Below, in pieces: positions 1 through 9,485 of a DNA stretch of 64,000 bases (position 1 is the first letter of the stretch; each line of letters starts with the position of its first letter). Both the position numbers and the translations under genes were made by a program. Source of the DNA: Alphaproteobacteria bacterium. Its GTDB lineage: Bacteria > Pseudomonadota > Alphaproteobacteria > Bin95. The DNA lies in contig OZ224045.1 of the NCBI GenBank assembly GCA_963665325.3, positions 1,024,001-1,088,000 of the forward strand, read 5' to 3'. The notes beneath the pieces were generated by a model. The model ran no database searches, was not told where the DNA came from, and saw only the letters and a list, made by a program, of their open reading frames with translations.

Positions 1-747
1 CCCGACGCCGGCTTCCTCGTGCAGCCGCCGCGCCTTGTCGAGCGGCACGAAGGCCCCGGTCGCCGGATCGAGCAGGCCGGCTGCGGGCACATTGAGGCTG
101 CCGGGGATGCGTCCGGGCCTGCCGTAGCGGCTTGGTCCCTCGCCCAGATGGAATGCGGGCGCCAGCGCATTCACCATGACGGTGCCGTCATCTTCGAGCC
201 GGGAGAGCACATAGTCCCTGTCCACGAACTGGCCGGGCGCGAGCGCCGCCGTGAACTTCGCCCGCGGGTATTGCGCCGGCGCGGTCGATACCGGGCGTCC
301 CTCTGCCTTCCACTTCTCCCAGCCGCCGTCGAGCACGGCCGCGCCGTTGAAGCCGAAGGCGCGCAGCATCCACCAGACCCTGGTCGCCCACATGATGCTG
401 CCGGCCGAGTAGAGAACCACGCGGGAGTCGTCGCCGATACCGAGCGCGCCCATTGCATCCGCGAATCGCTCGGGCGACGGGGCCTGGAACCTGAGCCGCG
501 TTTCCGGGTCGGAAGCCTCGCCCTGGATGTCGAGAAAGACGGCGCCGGGGATATGCGCCTCATCGTATTCGGCCCGGCCCGGCACCACCCGGTAGGGAGC
601 GTCGTCGCCGGGCTCCGCTGGCCTCAGCCATGTGGTGCAGTCCACGATGCGAAGCCCTGGCGTGCCGAGGCTGTTCTCGAGCTCGCCGGTCTGGATGAGC
701 GCCTGCGGCTCGCGCCATTGCGAAAGGTCGGCCCGGCCATCGGTCAT
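1..747 (-). CDS. Sulfurtransferase, rhodanese/SseA family (3' end runs off the window)
   Basis: Manual translation from ATG 747 (RBS AAGGAG): MTDGRADLSQW...RIVDCT...YDEAHIPGAVFLD...LGIGDDSRVVLYS...WATRVWWMLRAFG...VLDGGWEKWKAEGRP, the typical SseA N-terminal domain. Missing from the ORF track because there is no stop in the window. Confidence 0.88.
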   Translation of the reverse strand, partial: MTDGRADLSQWREPQALIQTGELENSLGTPGLRIVDCTTWLRPAEPGDDAPYRVVPGRAEYDEAHIPGAVFLDIQGEASDPETRLRFQAPSPERFADAMGALGIGDDSRVVLYSAGSIMWATRVWWMLRAFGFNGAAVLDGGWEKWKAEGRPVSTAPAQYPRAKFTAALAPGQFVDRDYVLSRLEDDGTVMVNALAPAFHLGEGPSRYGRPGRIPGSLNVPAAGLLDPATGAFVPLDKARRLHEEAGVG

Positions 748-889
748 CCGCGGTCTCCTTGCGTCACCATTGCCCGGCGGATTCAATAGCACGAACAACC
801 GGTGAAAATCCTCGGCGGTCGCGCTGCCGCGATTTACGGTCCGGAAGAGCGGTTGTAGGATTGCGAACAGCAAGGATAGGGAGGACGGC

Positions 890-1303
890 ATGACCGACAA
901 TTGGGACTTTGCGCACAACAGGGCCTCGGAGGCCATCTGGACGGAGGGCCTGCGGGAGATCTTCGAATACCGGGACCTCGGCATCAAGGCGGCGACCAAG
1001 GGCGACTACATCGCGCATATCGTCAAGGCGAACGGCAAGGAAATGAAGGACGAGGTGCAGCACTGGCATGTCCATGACTGCACCTTCCAGTTCGTCATGG
1101 TGCTGAACGGCTGGGCCGAGTTCGAATATGCCGGAGAGGGCGTGCGCCGCATCGAGAAGGGCGACGTCATCAACCAGCGCCCCGGCATCCCGCATCGCGA
1201 AATCGCCTGCTCCAAGGATTTCGAGGTCCTGGAAATCGTCGCGCCGGCGAACTTCGAGACCCGCATCGTGGAAGCGCCCGTTTCGGCCGCAGCGGCGGAG
1301 TGA
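890..1303 (+). CDS. Cupin domain protein
   Basis: WHVHDCTFQFVMVLNGW...GDVINQRPGIPHRE cupin motifs; RBS GGAGG upstream. Confidence 0.85.
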   Translation: MTDNWDFAHNRASEAIWTEGLREIFEYRDLGIKAATKGDYIAHIVKANGKEMKDEVQHWHVHDCTFQFVMVLNGWAEFEYAGEGVRRIEKGDVINQRPGIPHREIACSKDFEVLEIVAPANFETRIVEAPVSAAAAE

Positions 1304-1328
1304 ACGGCGCGGGTGCTGCTTCCGGACT

Positions 1329-1886
1329 TCACGCCGCGAACGAACGCAGCATCCCGACAAACGATCCGGCCACGACTTCCAGCGGGCCCTCATTGACGAG
1401 GGTTCGGACATGGCCGTTGGCCGCGGGCTCAGGCACCGACCGCGCAAGGCGCCCTGTGCGTTCCTTCGGCGTTTCGCGGCCCCTGTCCCCTATGCGCCGG
1501 GCAAGCACCTCCGCGCTAGCCGTGACGTGGATGACGCCAACCCGCGCGAACCGGCTTTGCGCTTCCCGGACGACGGTCCGGGAAGCGTTGGCTGCAACGA
1601 TCCGCCGGTTCGCTATTAGCTCGGCTACCGATGCCGGCAATGCATAAGAGAACCCGTGTGCGCGCCAGGACAGGCTGAACCGGCCGGCGCGTTCGCAGGC
1701 GGCAAATTCCTCCTCCGTCAGTGCGACATGATCCTCGTGCGGGTCTCCGGCGGGGCGGGTGATGTAGCGCCGGACGAAGCAATAACGCCCCTCGTCCCGG
1801 AGTGCCGCCGCGGCCCGCCGGAGAAGCGTGTCCTTGCCGGCGCCGCTCGGGCCGACGACGAGCACGAGGCAGCCGGGGGAAGCCAT
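1329..1886 (-). CDS. phnN: Ribose 1,5-bisphosphate phosphokinase PhnN
   Basis: VVGPSGAGKDTL P-loop, RRYITRP, WRAHGFSYA; last gene of the phn cluster. Confidence 0.92.
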   Translation of the reverse strand: MASPGCLVLVVGPSGAGKDTLLRRAAAALRDEGRYCFVRRYITRPAGDPHEDHVALTEEEFAACERAGRFSLSWRAHGFSYALPASVAELIANRRIVAANASRTVVREAQSRFARVGVIHVTASAEVLARRIGDRGRETPKERTGRLARSVPEPAANGHVRTLVNEGPLEVVAGSFVGMLRSFAA

Positions 1887-1906
1887 TCCTCTTCCCGCCC
1901 CGCCGG

Positions 1907-2452
1907 TCAACTCCGGATCGAGGCTTCGATATGGGGGCGGTAGCGGTCGAGGCCCGGCGTTACGGCTTTGGGGTCCTTGGCCTGGTCGTCCCAGCGGCGC
2001 ACGGCGAGCGCGTCATGCGCAAAAGGCCGGGCGATGAACGCGGCCGCTTCGGGCTCGCTGAAGGGGCCGCCCTGCAGCTCCAGGCTCCGCACCGATGCCG
2101 GCGACAAAGTATCGAAATAAGCGGGATCGGCGGCGCAAAGATAGCGTTTGGCATCGACATGCAGGCCGATCGGCCCCGTGACCTCCTCGCCGAACCATCT
2201 GGCCAGATACTTGCTCCCCAGCGTCTCGTGGCGGTCGTCGATACCCCGCATGGCGGCGTCCTCTCCGAGCTTGTGGATCAGGTGCCCGAAGTCGTGCAGC
2301 AGTGCCGCGACCACGAGCGGGTCCGGCGCCCCGGAGCATTCCGCGAGATGCGCGCATTGCAAGGCGTGCTGAAGCTGGCTGACGGCTTCGTCTCCATATT
2401 GCGCCGCGCCGCTCGTCTCCAGGATTTCCAGAATCCGGTCCGCTGCCGACAT
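1907..2452 (-). CDS. HD-domain phosphonate-associated diiron oxygenase (PhnZ/TmpB-like)
   Basis: YGDEAVSQLQHALQCA, ALLHDFGHL, RHE, LHVDAKRYL, SLELQGGP, RRWDDQAK motifs. Confidence 0.85.
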   Translation of the reverse strand: MSAADRILEILETSGAAQYGDEAVSQLQHALQCAHLAECSGAPDPLVVAALLHDFGHLIHKLGEDAAMRGIDDRHETLGSKYLARWFGEEVTGPIGLHVDAKRYLCAADPAYFDTLSPASVRSLELQGGPFSEPEAAAFIARPFAHDALAVRRWDDQAKDPKAVTPGLDRYRPHIEASIRS

Positions 2453-2469
2453 GGTCCCCTCGCTCCCGC

Positions 2470-3603
2470 CTAAACGACCCGGTGCCCTACGCGCCATGTG
2501 CCGCACACGACCGCGACGCCCTCGATTTCCCTGACGCGGATGAAGTCCGCCCGCTTGCCGGCAGCGATCTCGCCCCGGTCCTCCAGCCCGACCGCCCGAG
2601 CAGGATTTGCCGTCGCCACCGCAGCCGCGCGGGGCAGCGTCATGTCCGGGATGCCGTCGCGCAGCAGGAACACGCCCTGGAGGGTACTCGACGGCACATA
2701 GTCGGACGACAGGATGTCGAGAAGCCCGGAGGAGGCGAGGTCGAGGGCCGAGACATTGCCGGAATGCGAACCGCCCAGCACGAGGTTGGGCGCGCCCATC
2801 AATATGGCGAGGCCGTTCCCCCGGGCCGCTTCTGCGGCTTCGAGCTGGGTTGGGAATTCGGCGATGGCGACGCCGTCGCGCACCGACTCCTCGACATGCT
2901 CGACCGTCGCGTCGTCATGGCTCGCCAGGGCGATGTTCCGGCCCTCCAGCGCCTTGACGACCAGCGCGCGGTGGCGGGCGCTGAACTGTTGCTGAGCCTG
3001 CTGCTTGGCCTTCACATAGTCGTCCATCTCGTCGTCGTTCAGGCCGTAGCGGCCCTGGTAGTACTCGCGGTGCTTGCCGAGATCGACGAACTGCCTTTGC
3101 CCCGGTGTGTGGTCCATCAGGGAAACCAGGCGGACCAGAGGGTCGTCCATGAAGGGCGAGAAGCGTTCCATCAGGTCCGGGCTGGAGACCTCGCATCGCA
3201 GGTGCAGGAAATGCTCCGCGCGCAACACACCCCATCGCATCGCCCCCTTCACGGCATCCGCCATGCCCGAGAGGTGAACCGGGCGCGCCTTGTCGCCGCC
3301 GCCGATCCGCACGGTATCGAGCGCAGTCGTGATTCCGGCGGCGGCGAGCTGGCTGTCGTGGGCCAGTACCGCGGCCTGTGCCGGCCACTCGACGCCGGGG
3401 CGCGGGGTGAACTGGCGTTCCAGATTGTCGGTGTGAAGCTCGACGAGGCCGGGCAGCAGGTAGTCGCCTTCGAAATCGACGACCTCCCCGGACCGGACAA
3501 TGCCGTCTCCGATCGCCGCGAACCGGCCGTCCTCGATTTCGACGGTTCCGGAAACGATGTCGTCCGGCGTAACGATCCGGGCGTTGGTGACGGTGAGTGG
3601 CAT
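2470..3603 (-). CDS. phnM: Alpha-D-ribose 1-methylphosphonate 5-triphosphate diphosphatase
   Basis: PGLVELHTDNLE, SLMDHTPGQRQF, ASHDD, GAPNLVLGGSHSGNVSA, LSSDYVP. Confidence 0.95.
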   Translation of the reverse strand: MPLTVTNARIVTPDDIVSGTVEIEDGRFAAIGDGIVRSGEVVDFEGDYLLPGLVELHTDNLERQFTPRPGVEWPAQAAVLAHDSQLAAAGITTALDTVRIGGGDKARPVHLSGMADAVKGAMRWGVLRAEHFLHLRCEVSSPDLMERFSPFMDDPLVRLVSLMDHTPGQRQFVDLGKHREYYQGRYGLNDDEMDDYVKAKQQAQQQFSARHRALVVKALEGRNIALASHDDATVEHVEESVRDGVAIAEFPTQLEAAEAARGNGLAILMGAPNLVLGGSHSGNVSALDLASSGLLDILSSDYVPSSTLQGVFLLRDGIPDMTLPRAAAVATANPARAVGLEDRGEIAAGKRADFIRVREIEGVAVVCGTWRVGHRVV

Positions 3604-3605
3604 CG

Positions 3606-4304
3606 TTACGCAGCCTCCCGCACGGCGGACAATTGCACGGTCCGGTTTGCCACTGCGTCCCGCACTTGGGAATCGTGAAAGATCCCGACGACGGCGGCGC
3701 CCCTCCCGACGGCAGCGCGAATCAGCCCGACCGCCACCTCCCGGTTTTCCCGGTCCAGCGATGCGGTCGGCTCATCCAGCAGCAGGACGGGATAATCGGC
3801 GACGAAGACCCGCGCAAGATTGACGCGCTGCTGCTCGCCTCCGGAGAAGGTCGCAGGCGCCAGCCGGTGCAGCGCGGCCGGAATGTTGAGGCATTGCAGC
3901 ATCCCGCGTGCCGCCTTCGCCGCGTCCTCGCGGTCCGCGCCTCGACCGCGCAGAGGCTCTGCAACCACGTCTTCCGCCGCCACTCTCGGGACAACGCGCA
4001 GAAATTGGCTCACATATCCGATGGTCTCGCCGCGCACGGCGAGTATTTCCCTCGGGTGCGCCGACGCCATATCGACGGAGCCGTCCCGGTGCCGGACAAG
4101 GATGCGTCCCCGGTCCGTGCGGTAGTTTGCGTAAATGCAGCGGAGCACCGTGCTCTTGCCGATGCCGGAGGGGCCAAGAAGCGCCACGCACTCGCCCTCA
4201 TGGACCTCCAGGGCGAAGCCGTCCAGCACGGAGAGGCGAATGCCCCCCTGGTTGTGCAGGGTGAAGGATTTCGCCAGGTCGCTGATTGCGATTGCGGCTG
4301 TCAA
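3606..4304 (-). CDS. phnL: C-P lyase system ATPase PhnL
   Basis: KSFTLHNQGG, GPSGIGKS, YVSQFLRVVPRV, PATFSGGEQQRVN. Confidence 0.95.
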   Translation of the reverse strand: MTAAIAISDLAKSFTLHNQGGIRLSVLDGFALEVHEGECVALLGPSGIGKSTVLRCIYANYRTDRGRILVRHRDGSVDMASAHPREILAVRGETIGYVSQFLRVVPRVAAEDVVAEPLRGRGADREDAAKAARGMLQCLNIPAALHRLAPATFSGGEQQRVNLARVFVADYPVLLLDEPTASLDRENREVAVGLIRAAVGRGAAVVGIFHDSQVRDAVANRTVQLSAVREAA

Positions 4305-4323
4305 TGCCTGTGGCCCCTTGCTG

Positions 4324-5109
4324 TCACGGATGGATTACCGAAGACACGAGAAGCTGCGAATAGGGATGCTGCGGATCGTCGAGGACCTGGTCCGTCAGCC
4401 CGGATTCCACGACCTCGCCGCGGCGCATGACGATCAGGCGGTGCGACAGCAGGCGTGCGACGGCCAGATCGTGCGTCACGATAACGGCCGCCAGCCCGAG
4501 GTCCGACACGAGGCCGCGCAGCAGGTCGAGCAGCCGTGCCTGGACGGACACGTCGAGCCCGCCCGTGGGCTCGTCCATGAACACGATGCGGGGCGCCGTC
4601 ACCAGGTTGCGCGCGATCTGCAACCGCTGCTGCATACCGCCGGAGAAGGTGATCGGCAGGTCGTCCATGCGGCCCGTATCCATCTCGACCTTGTCGAGCC
4701 AGTCGGTGGCGGCATGCCGGATATTGCCGTAGTGGCGCGCGCCCACCGCCATCAGGCGCTCGCCGATATTGGCGCCCGCGCTCACCCCCATTCGGAGCCC
4801 TTCACGCGGGTTCTGGTGGACGAAGCCCCAATCGGTCCGCATGAGAAGGCGCCGTGCCGGTTCGCTTATGCGGTAGATGTCCGCCGGCCGGTCATGCCGC
4901 GTCATGTACTCGACTGTCCCTGCCGTCGGTTCGAGACGGGCGGAAATGCAGTGCAGCAGCGTTGTCTTGCCGGAGCCGGACTCGCCGACGACGCCCAGCA
5001 CTTCTCCGGGCCAGATCTCGAACGACACATCGCGGCAGCCGAGGATGCCATCGTAGAACTTCGTCACGCCCCGGGCGGAGAGGAGCGGCGGTGCGGCGTC
5101 GGGCTGCAT
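4324..5109 (-). CDS. phnK: C-P lyase system ATPase PhnK
   Basis: GESGSGKTT, RTDWGFVHQNP, FSGGMQQRLQIARNL, DEPTGGLDVSVQARLLD; start at MQPD (the track ORF is over-extended into phnJ). Confidence 0.95.
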   Translation of the reverse strand: MQPDAAPPLLSARGVTKFYDGILGCRDVSFEIWPGEVLGVVGESGSGKTTLLHCISARLEPTAGTVEYMTRHDRPADIYRISEPARRLLMRTDWGFVHQNPREGLRMGVSAGANIGERLMAVGARHYGNIRHAATDWLDKVEMDTGRMDDLPITFSGGMQQRLQIARNLVTAPRIVFMDEPTGGLDVSVQARLLDLLRGLVSDLGLAAVIVTHDLAVARLLSHRLIVMRRGEVVESGLTDQVLDDPQHPYSQLLVSSVIHP

Positions 5110-5110
5110 A

Positions 5111-5989
5111 TCAGGCCTCACCCGGTCCGGCGGCCTGCATGGCGGGGCCTGTGCAGCCGGCTTCGCGGCGCCTGCTGCAATAGTCGGTGTCCGAGCACAC
5201 GAACATGCGCCCGCCCCGGTCGTCGGTGACGATCTCGTCGAGGAAACTGTCGCCGGAACCGCAGAACGCGCACACATCCGCCCACTTCTGGACCTCGAAC
5301 GGGTGGTCGTCGAAGTCGAGGCTCCGCACCTCCGTGTGCGGGGGGATGGCGTAAATGCGCTTCTCGCGGCCCGCGCCGAACAGCTGCAGTGCCGGCGAGC
5401 GGTCCATCTTCGGATTGTCGAACTTGGGAATGGGCGAGGGCCGCATCAGGTAGCGGCCGTTCACGCGCACGGGATAGTCGTAGGAGGTGGCGATATGACC
5501 GAAATGCGCGATGTCCTCGTAGAGGCGGACATGCATAGGCCCGTATTCCTGCAGCGCGTGCATCTTGCGCGTTTCGGTCTCCCTCGGTTCGAGCCAGCGC
5601 AGCGGCTCGGGAATAGGCACCTGGTAGACGAGGATCTGGCCGGCCCCGAGCGGCGTTTCCGGTATCCGGTGCCGGGTCTGGACGATGGTGGCCGCCTCCG
5701 TGCGCTCCGTGGTCTCGACGCCTGCCGTCCGTGCGAAGAACTTGCGGATGCTGACCGCATTGACCGTGTCGTCGGCGCCCTGGTCGATCACCTTCAGCGT
5801 GTCGTCGGGCCCGATAATGCTGGCCGTGACCTGGATGCCGCCTGTGCCCCAGCCGAAGGGAAGCGGCATTTCACGGCTGCCGAAGGGCACCTGGTAGCCC
5901 GGAATGGCGACAGCCTTCAGGATCGCCCGGCGGATCATCCGCTTGGTCTGCTCGTCCAGATAGGCGAAATTGTAGCCGTCCTCGGCCAC
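5111..5989 (-). CDS. phnJ: C-P lyase radical SAM subunit PhnJ
   Basis: YNFAYLDEQTKRMIRR, GWGTGG, CAFC...CSDTDYC cysteine motif. Confidence 0.97.
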   Translation of the reverse strand: MAEDGYNFAYLDEQTKRMIRRAILKAVAIPGYQVPFGSREMPLPFGWGTGGIQVTASIIGPDDTLKVIDQGADDTVNAVSIRKFFARTAGVETTERTEAATIVQTRHRIPETPLGAGQILVYQVPIPEPLRWLEPRETETRKMHALQEYGPMHVRLYEDIAHFGHIATSYDYPVRVNGRYLMRPSPIPKFDNPKMDRSPALQLFGAGREKRIYAIPPHTEVRSLDFDDHPFEVQKWADVCAFCGSGDSFLDEIVTDDRGGRMFVCSDTDYCSRRREAGCTGPAMQAAGPGEA

Positions 5990-5994
5990 CGCGC

Positions 5995-7104
5995 CTATTC
6001 CGCCGCCTCTGCGGGCGGGGCCTCGAACTCGGCCCGGAGCTTCCGCAGCAATTCGAGCTCGGACTGGAAATCCACGTAATGCGGCAGCTTCAGGTGCTGC
6101 ACGAAGCCGGACGCCTCGACATTGTCGCTGTGGTAGAGGACGAATTCCTCATCCTGCGCCGGGGCAACTGCCGCTTCGTCCAACTCGCGGCACCTGAGGG
6201 CGCGGTCCACCAGGGCCATGGACATGGCCTTGCGTTCCTGGTGGCCGAAGACGAGGCCGTAGCCGCGGGTGAATTGGGGCGGCGCCGCAGAGCTGCCCTT
6301 GAACTGGTTGACCATCTGCACTTCGGTCACTTCGATCTCGCCGATCTCGACGGCGAAGCCGAGCTCCTCCGGCATAATCTCGACCGCGACCGCGCCGTAA
6401 CGGATCTCTCCGGCGAAGGGATGGTTGTTGGAGAAGCCGCGCTGGCTCGAATAGCCAAGCGCGAGCAAGAACCCTTCGTCGCCACGCGCGAGCGCCTGGA
6501 GCCGGGCGTCGCGGTCCGCCGGAAATCTCAACGGTTCCCTCGTGATGTCCGCCGGCGGCGCCTCGGCGGTTTCCGGGGCGGCTTCCTCCTCAATCAGGCC
6601 TTCGCGGCCCAGCAGGTCCACGACGCGCGGGACCGCCTCGTCCGGCGGCGGGCCGCGGCCTTCCTCCGGCGCAGAGCCTTCGCCGCCGGACCCGCCCTCA
6701 CCGGCTAGCCGGAAATCCAGCAGGCGGTGCGTGTAGTCGTAGGTTGGGCCCAGGATCTGGCCGCCCGGAATATCCTTGAAGGTCGCGGAAATCCGGCGCT
6801 GGATCGCCATTTGTCCGGTATCGATGGGCTCGCTGTTGCCGAGGCGCGGCAGGGTCGTTCGATAGGCCCGCAGCAGGAAGACGGCTTCGATGAGGTCTCC
6901 CTGGGCCTGCTTGATCGCAAGGGCTGCGAGTTCCCGGTCGTAGAGCGAGCCTTCGGCCATAACCCGATCTACGGCGAGCGAAAGCTGCTCCGATATTTGC
7001 CGGGTTGAGAGTTCGGGCACGGAGGGATCGCCGCGCCGGGCGGAGTCCAGCAGGCTGTGCGATGCCTCGATCGCCTTCTCGCCGCCCTTGACCGCGACAT
7101 ACAT
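5995..7104 (-). CDS. phnI: C-P lyase complex subunit PhnI
   Basis: MYVAVKGGEKAI, GPTYDYTHRLLD, HSDNVEASGFVQHLKLPHYVDFQ. Confidence 0.97.
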   Translation of the reverse strand: MYVAVKGGEKAIEASHSLLDSARRGDPSVPELSTRQISEQLSLAVDRVMAEGSLYDRELAALAIKQAQGDLIEAVFLLRAYRTTLPRLGNSEPIDTGQMAIQRRISATFKDIPGGQILGPTYDYTHRLLDFRLAGEGGSGGEGSAPEEGRGPPPDEAVPRVVDLLGREGLIEEEAAPETAEAPPADITREPLRFPADRDARLQALARGDEGFLLALGYSSQRGFSNNHPFAGEIRYGAVAVEIMPEELGFAVEIGEIEVTEVQMVNQFKGSSAAPPQFTRGYGLVFGHQERKAMSMALVDRALRCRELDEAAVAPAQDEEFVLYHSDNVEASGFVQHLKLPHYVDFQSELELLRKLRAEFEAPPAEAAE

Positions 7105-7105
7105 C

Positions 7106-7711
7106 TCAGAACCTCACCTGCGTGGAGCGCGGCACGGCCGCCAGGCTTGCGCCGGATGCGAACACGAGGTCCACGCCCTGGGGAAACAGCGGCTCAAGCT
7201 CCTGGCGCTGCTTCCAGAAACCTTCCGCGACTCCGGCCGGGCGGAAGTCCCGGCGCTCCTCGATTCCGGGGCCGCTGAGCGCGACCGCCTCCCCCGTTTC
7301 GAGTGATGCGACCTGCGCGATGAGGGTGGCGCTCTCGTCCGGGTAGGCTTCCGAGCCGAGCTGGAAGCCGGCAAGGGCGGGCATTGCAGCCGGAGCGGCC
7401 AGAACGGCGAACCGCGCGGCTCCGGCGTCTGCGGCCAGGGGACAGCCGCAATGGAAGCGGAGCCATGCCCGCACCTCGTCGCTATCGGCTGCAGTGTCCA
7501 GCCAGACCGGTGTCTCGAAGTCCAGCAGGGTCAGACATGCCGCGGCAGTCGCCGGGTCCAGCGGCGCCGGCGGGGCCAGTTCGACCGCGATGTCGTGCAC
7601 GGAACCGGGCTCCGACATCGCCGCAAGCACACGGCGAAACACCTGCTGGCTGTCCCGGACCGGCGAGCCGAACCCGGGTTGGAGGGTTGCGCCATTGCTT
7701 CGCGCCGACAC
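7106..7711 (-). CDS. phnH: C-P lyase subunit PhnH
   Basis: PGFGSPVRDSQQVFRRVLAAMSEPG, LTLLDFETPVW, WLRFHCG, YPDESATLI, FPQGVD, PRST; GTG start at 7711 inferred. Confidence 0.92.
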   Translation of the reverse strand: MSARSNGATLQPGFGSPVRDSQQVFRRVLAAMSEPGSVHDIAVELAPPAPLDPATAAACLTLLDFETPVWLDTAADSDEVRAWLRFHCGCPLAADAGAARFAVLAAPAAMPALAGFQLGSEAYPDESATLIAQVASLETGEAVALSGPGIEERRDFRPAGVAEGFWKQRQELEPLFPQGVDLVFASGASLAAVPRSTQVRF

Positions 7712-7715
7712 GGGG

Positions 7716-8216
7716 TCAGCCCCGTTCCCGCACCATGGCGAAAAACTCGACCCGCGACCGGTCGGCATTTGCGCGGCTCTCTTCTCGCCGGGCCTGCTGG
7801 GCCGATTCCAGCGGCGTGACCACTGCCTCGTCGAGTTCCTCGCGCCGCCCGGGCTGCTGGAGCAGCGCGTCGAACGCCGCTGCCAATTCGGCATGGCGGG
7901 CGCTGCGTCCCGCGACATAGGCGATTCCGACCTCGCCGCCTTCCAGCTGGACGGCGCAGCGCGTCGCGCTCATCTCGCCCATATTGAAGGCGCTTCCCGT
8001 TCCGCCCGCGCGCCCGCGAACCATGACCAGGCCGGTCTCGGGCGGTCGGAGGAGCCGGTATTCGGGCTTGTCCGCAAGGTCGGCCCAAGCGGCTTCCAGC
8101 GCGCCGTCTTCCGCCCTGGCCAGAATGCCCATCCATCGCTGCCGCGCCGCAATCTGCGGGTCTGTCCCGGTCGAGGTCGGCATGGTGCCCGCCGCTCCAG
8201 CTTGCCCGGCGCTCAT
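7716..8216 (-). CDS. phnG: C-P lyase subunit PhnG
   Basis: RQRWMGILARA, RPPETGLVMVRGRAGGTGSAFNMGE, SRVEFFAMVRE; start uncertain (8216 or 8183). Confidence 0.92.
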   Translation of the reverse strand: MSAGQAGAAGTMPTSTGTDPQIAARQRWMGILARAEDGALEAAWADLADKPEYRLLRPPETGLVMVRGRAGGTGSAFNMGEMSATRCAVQLEGGEVGIAYVAGRSARHAELAAAFDALLQQPGRREELDEAVVTPLESAQQARREESRANADRSRVEFFAMVRERG

Positions 8217-8230
8217 AAGAGCATAGCCCG

Positions 8231-8248
8231 GTGACACTCTTGTGACTC
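8231..8248 (-). promoter_or_regulatory. Pho-box-like PhoB site upstream of phnG
   Basis: Minus strand GAGTCAC-AAGA-GTGTCAC: two GTCAC half-sites 11 bp apart, resembling CTGTCAY-N4-CTGTCAY, directly upstream of a phosphonate operon. Confidence 0.6.
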
Positions 8249-8333
8249 GGTTAGCCGGCGTTCTCCCGCCTTGTCAAGGCAGCGGCGGCGCACTCCGTCC
8301 CGATCGGGTCGGGTATAACCGTCGGGCCAGCCG

Positions 8334-9353
8334 CTATTCCGGTCGGCGGGCATGGATGAGGCGGGTCATGCCCGGCACCATTTCCTCGTCGTGGGGGACG
8401 GCGAAGCCAATTTCGACCATGCGGCTCTTCAGCCAGCCGGGCGTCACCGAGCGCGCCTCAGGCGTGAAGGCCATATGCTGCAATTGCCAGAGCGCCGCCA
8501 TCGGCGGGCCGGTGCGGTCGTCCTCCACCATGAAATCGTGAACGATGAAATGGCCGCCGGGCGACAGGCAGTCGTAAGCCTGCTGCACCAGCCGGGGCAG
8601 TTCGGAACCCGGGACGCCGCTGAACAGGTAGGACATCAGGATCGCGTCCTGCTCGGTCGGCCAGTCAACGGCCAGTGCATCGCCCGGGATATAGCGCACC
8701 CGGTCCACCATCCCGGCCTCGGTAATGAAACGCCAGCCGATCTCGGCGACATTGGGGAAGTCGATTATGGTCGAGACCAGTTCGGGGAAGGTCTCCAGCA
8801 GCCGGATGGACATGGCTCCTGTGCCGCCGCCGATATCCAGCAGGTTGTGGCAGCCGGAGAGATCGATCAGCCGCGCCAGCGTGCGGCCCGGCCCCAGCGA
8901 ACCCGCATGCTGTGCCTCGCTGTAGAGCGTCGCCTGCTCAGGGTCCGACATCCAATGCTGGTAGCTGTCCACCGCCTCCGGGTTGAGGGAGCCGTCCATC
9001 ACCTCGTTCAACTGGGTGAGGAAGGGGTACATCTGTCGGTCGATCTGGTAGCGCAGGTAATCGCCGAAGTCGTAGCGCGCGCCGCGCACCAGGAAGGCCG
9101 TCGCGCCCGGCGCGTTGAAATAGCTCTCCTCCTCGCGGTCCACCAGGCCGATCGCGGTCAGCGCCGTCATCAGCGTGGTGATCCGGTTGACGGGAACGCT
9201 CGTCTTCGCAGCGAGCGCGCCCGCCGTCTTGGGGCCGTCGGCAAGCTGGGAGAAGATATCGACGTGCAGCGCCGCGAAGAGCGCCTTGGAAGCCATGAAC
9301 CCGAAAGCTAGTTTCGATACATCTTCGGCCGTTTCGACCAATTGCTCCGTCAC
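8334..9353 (-). CDS. dsyB: SAM-dependent methyltransferase of the DsyB type (MTHB S-methyltransferase, DMSP synthesis)
   Basis: AFGFMASKALFAALH, YDFGDYLRYQIDRQMY, YSEAQHAGSLGP, LDIGGGTG, EQDAILMSYLFSGV, ALWQLQHMAFTPEARS, PGMT...RPE match the DsyB sequences I recall; GTG start with GAGGAG RBS. Confidence 0.8.
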   Translation of the reverse strand: MTEQLVETAEDVSKLAFGFMASKALFAALHVDIFSQLADGPKTAGALAAKTSVPVNRITTLMTALTAIGLVDREEESYFNAPGATAFLVRGARYDFGDYLRYQIDRQMYPFLTQLNEVMDGSLNPEAVDSYQHWMSDPEQATLYSEAQHAGSLGPGRTLARLIDLSGCHNLLDIGGGTGAMSIRLLETFPELVSTIIDFPNVAEIGWRFITEAGMVDRVRYIPGDALAVDWPTEQDAILMSYLFSGVPGSELPRLVQQAYDCLSPGGHFIVHDFMVEDDRTGPPMAALWQLQHMAFTPEARSVTPGWLKSRMVEIGFAVPHDEEMVPGMTRLIHARRPE

Positions 9354-9485
9354 CGGAAAAACTCCTCAAATCGCGATAGGGCTGAGTCCGCAAATCCTTG
9401 CATATGCACGATGAATTTTCAACGATGCGAATACTTGACATTGTATTGATTGATTTATCCCCTATTTAGTTACGATGAATTGTTT

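Noticed and set aside
19-789. 256-aa plus-strand ORF
   Set aside because: Shadow of the minus-strand sulfurtransferase
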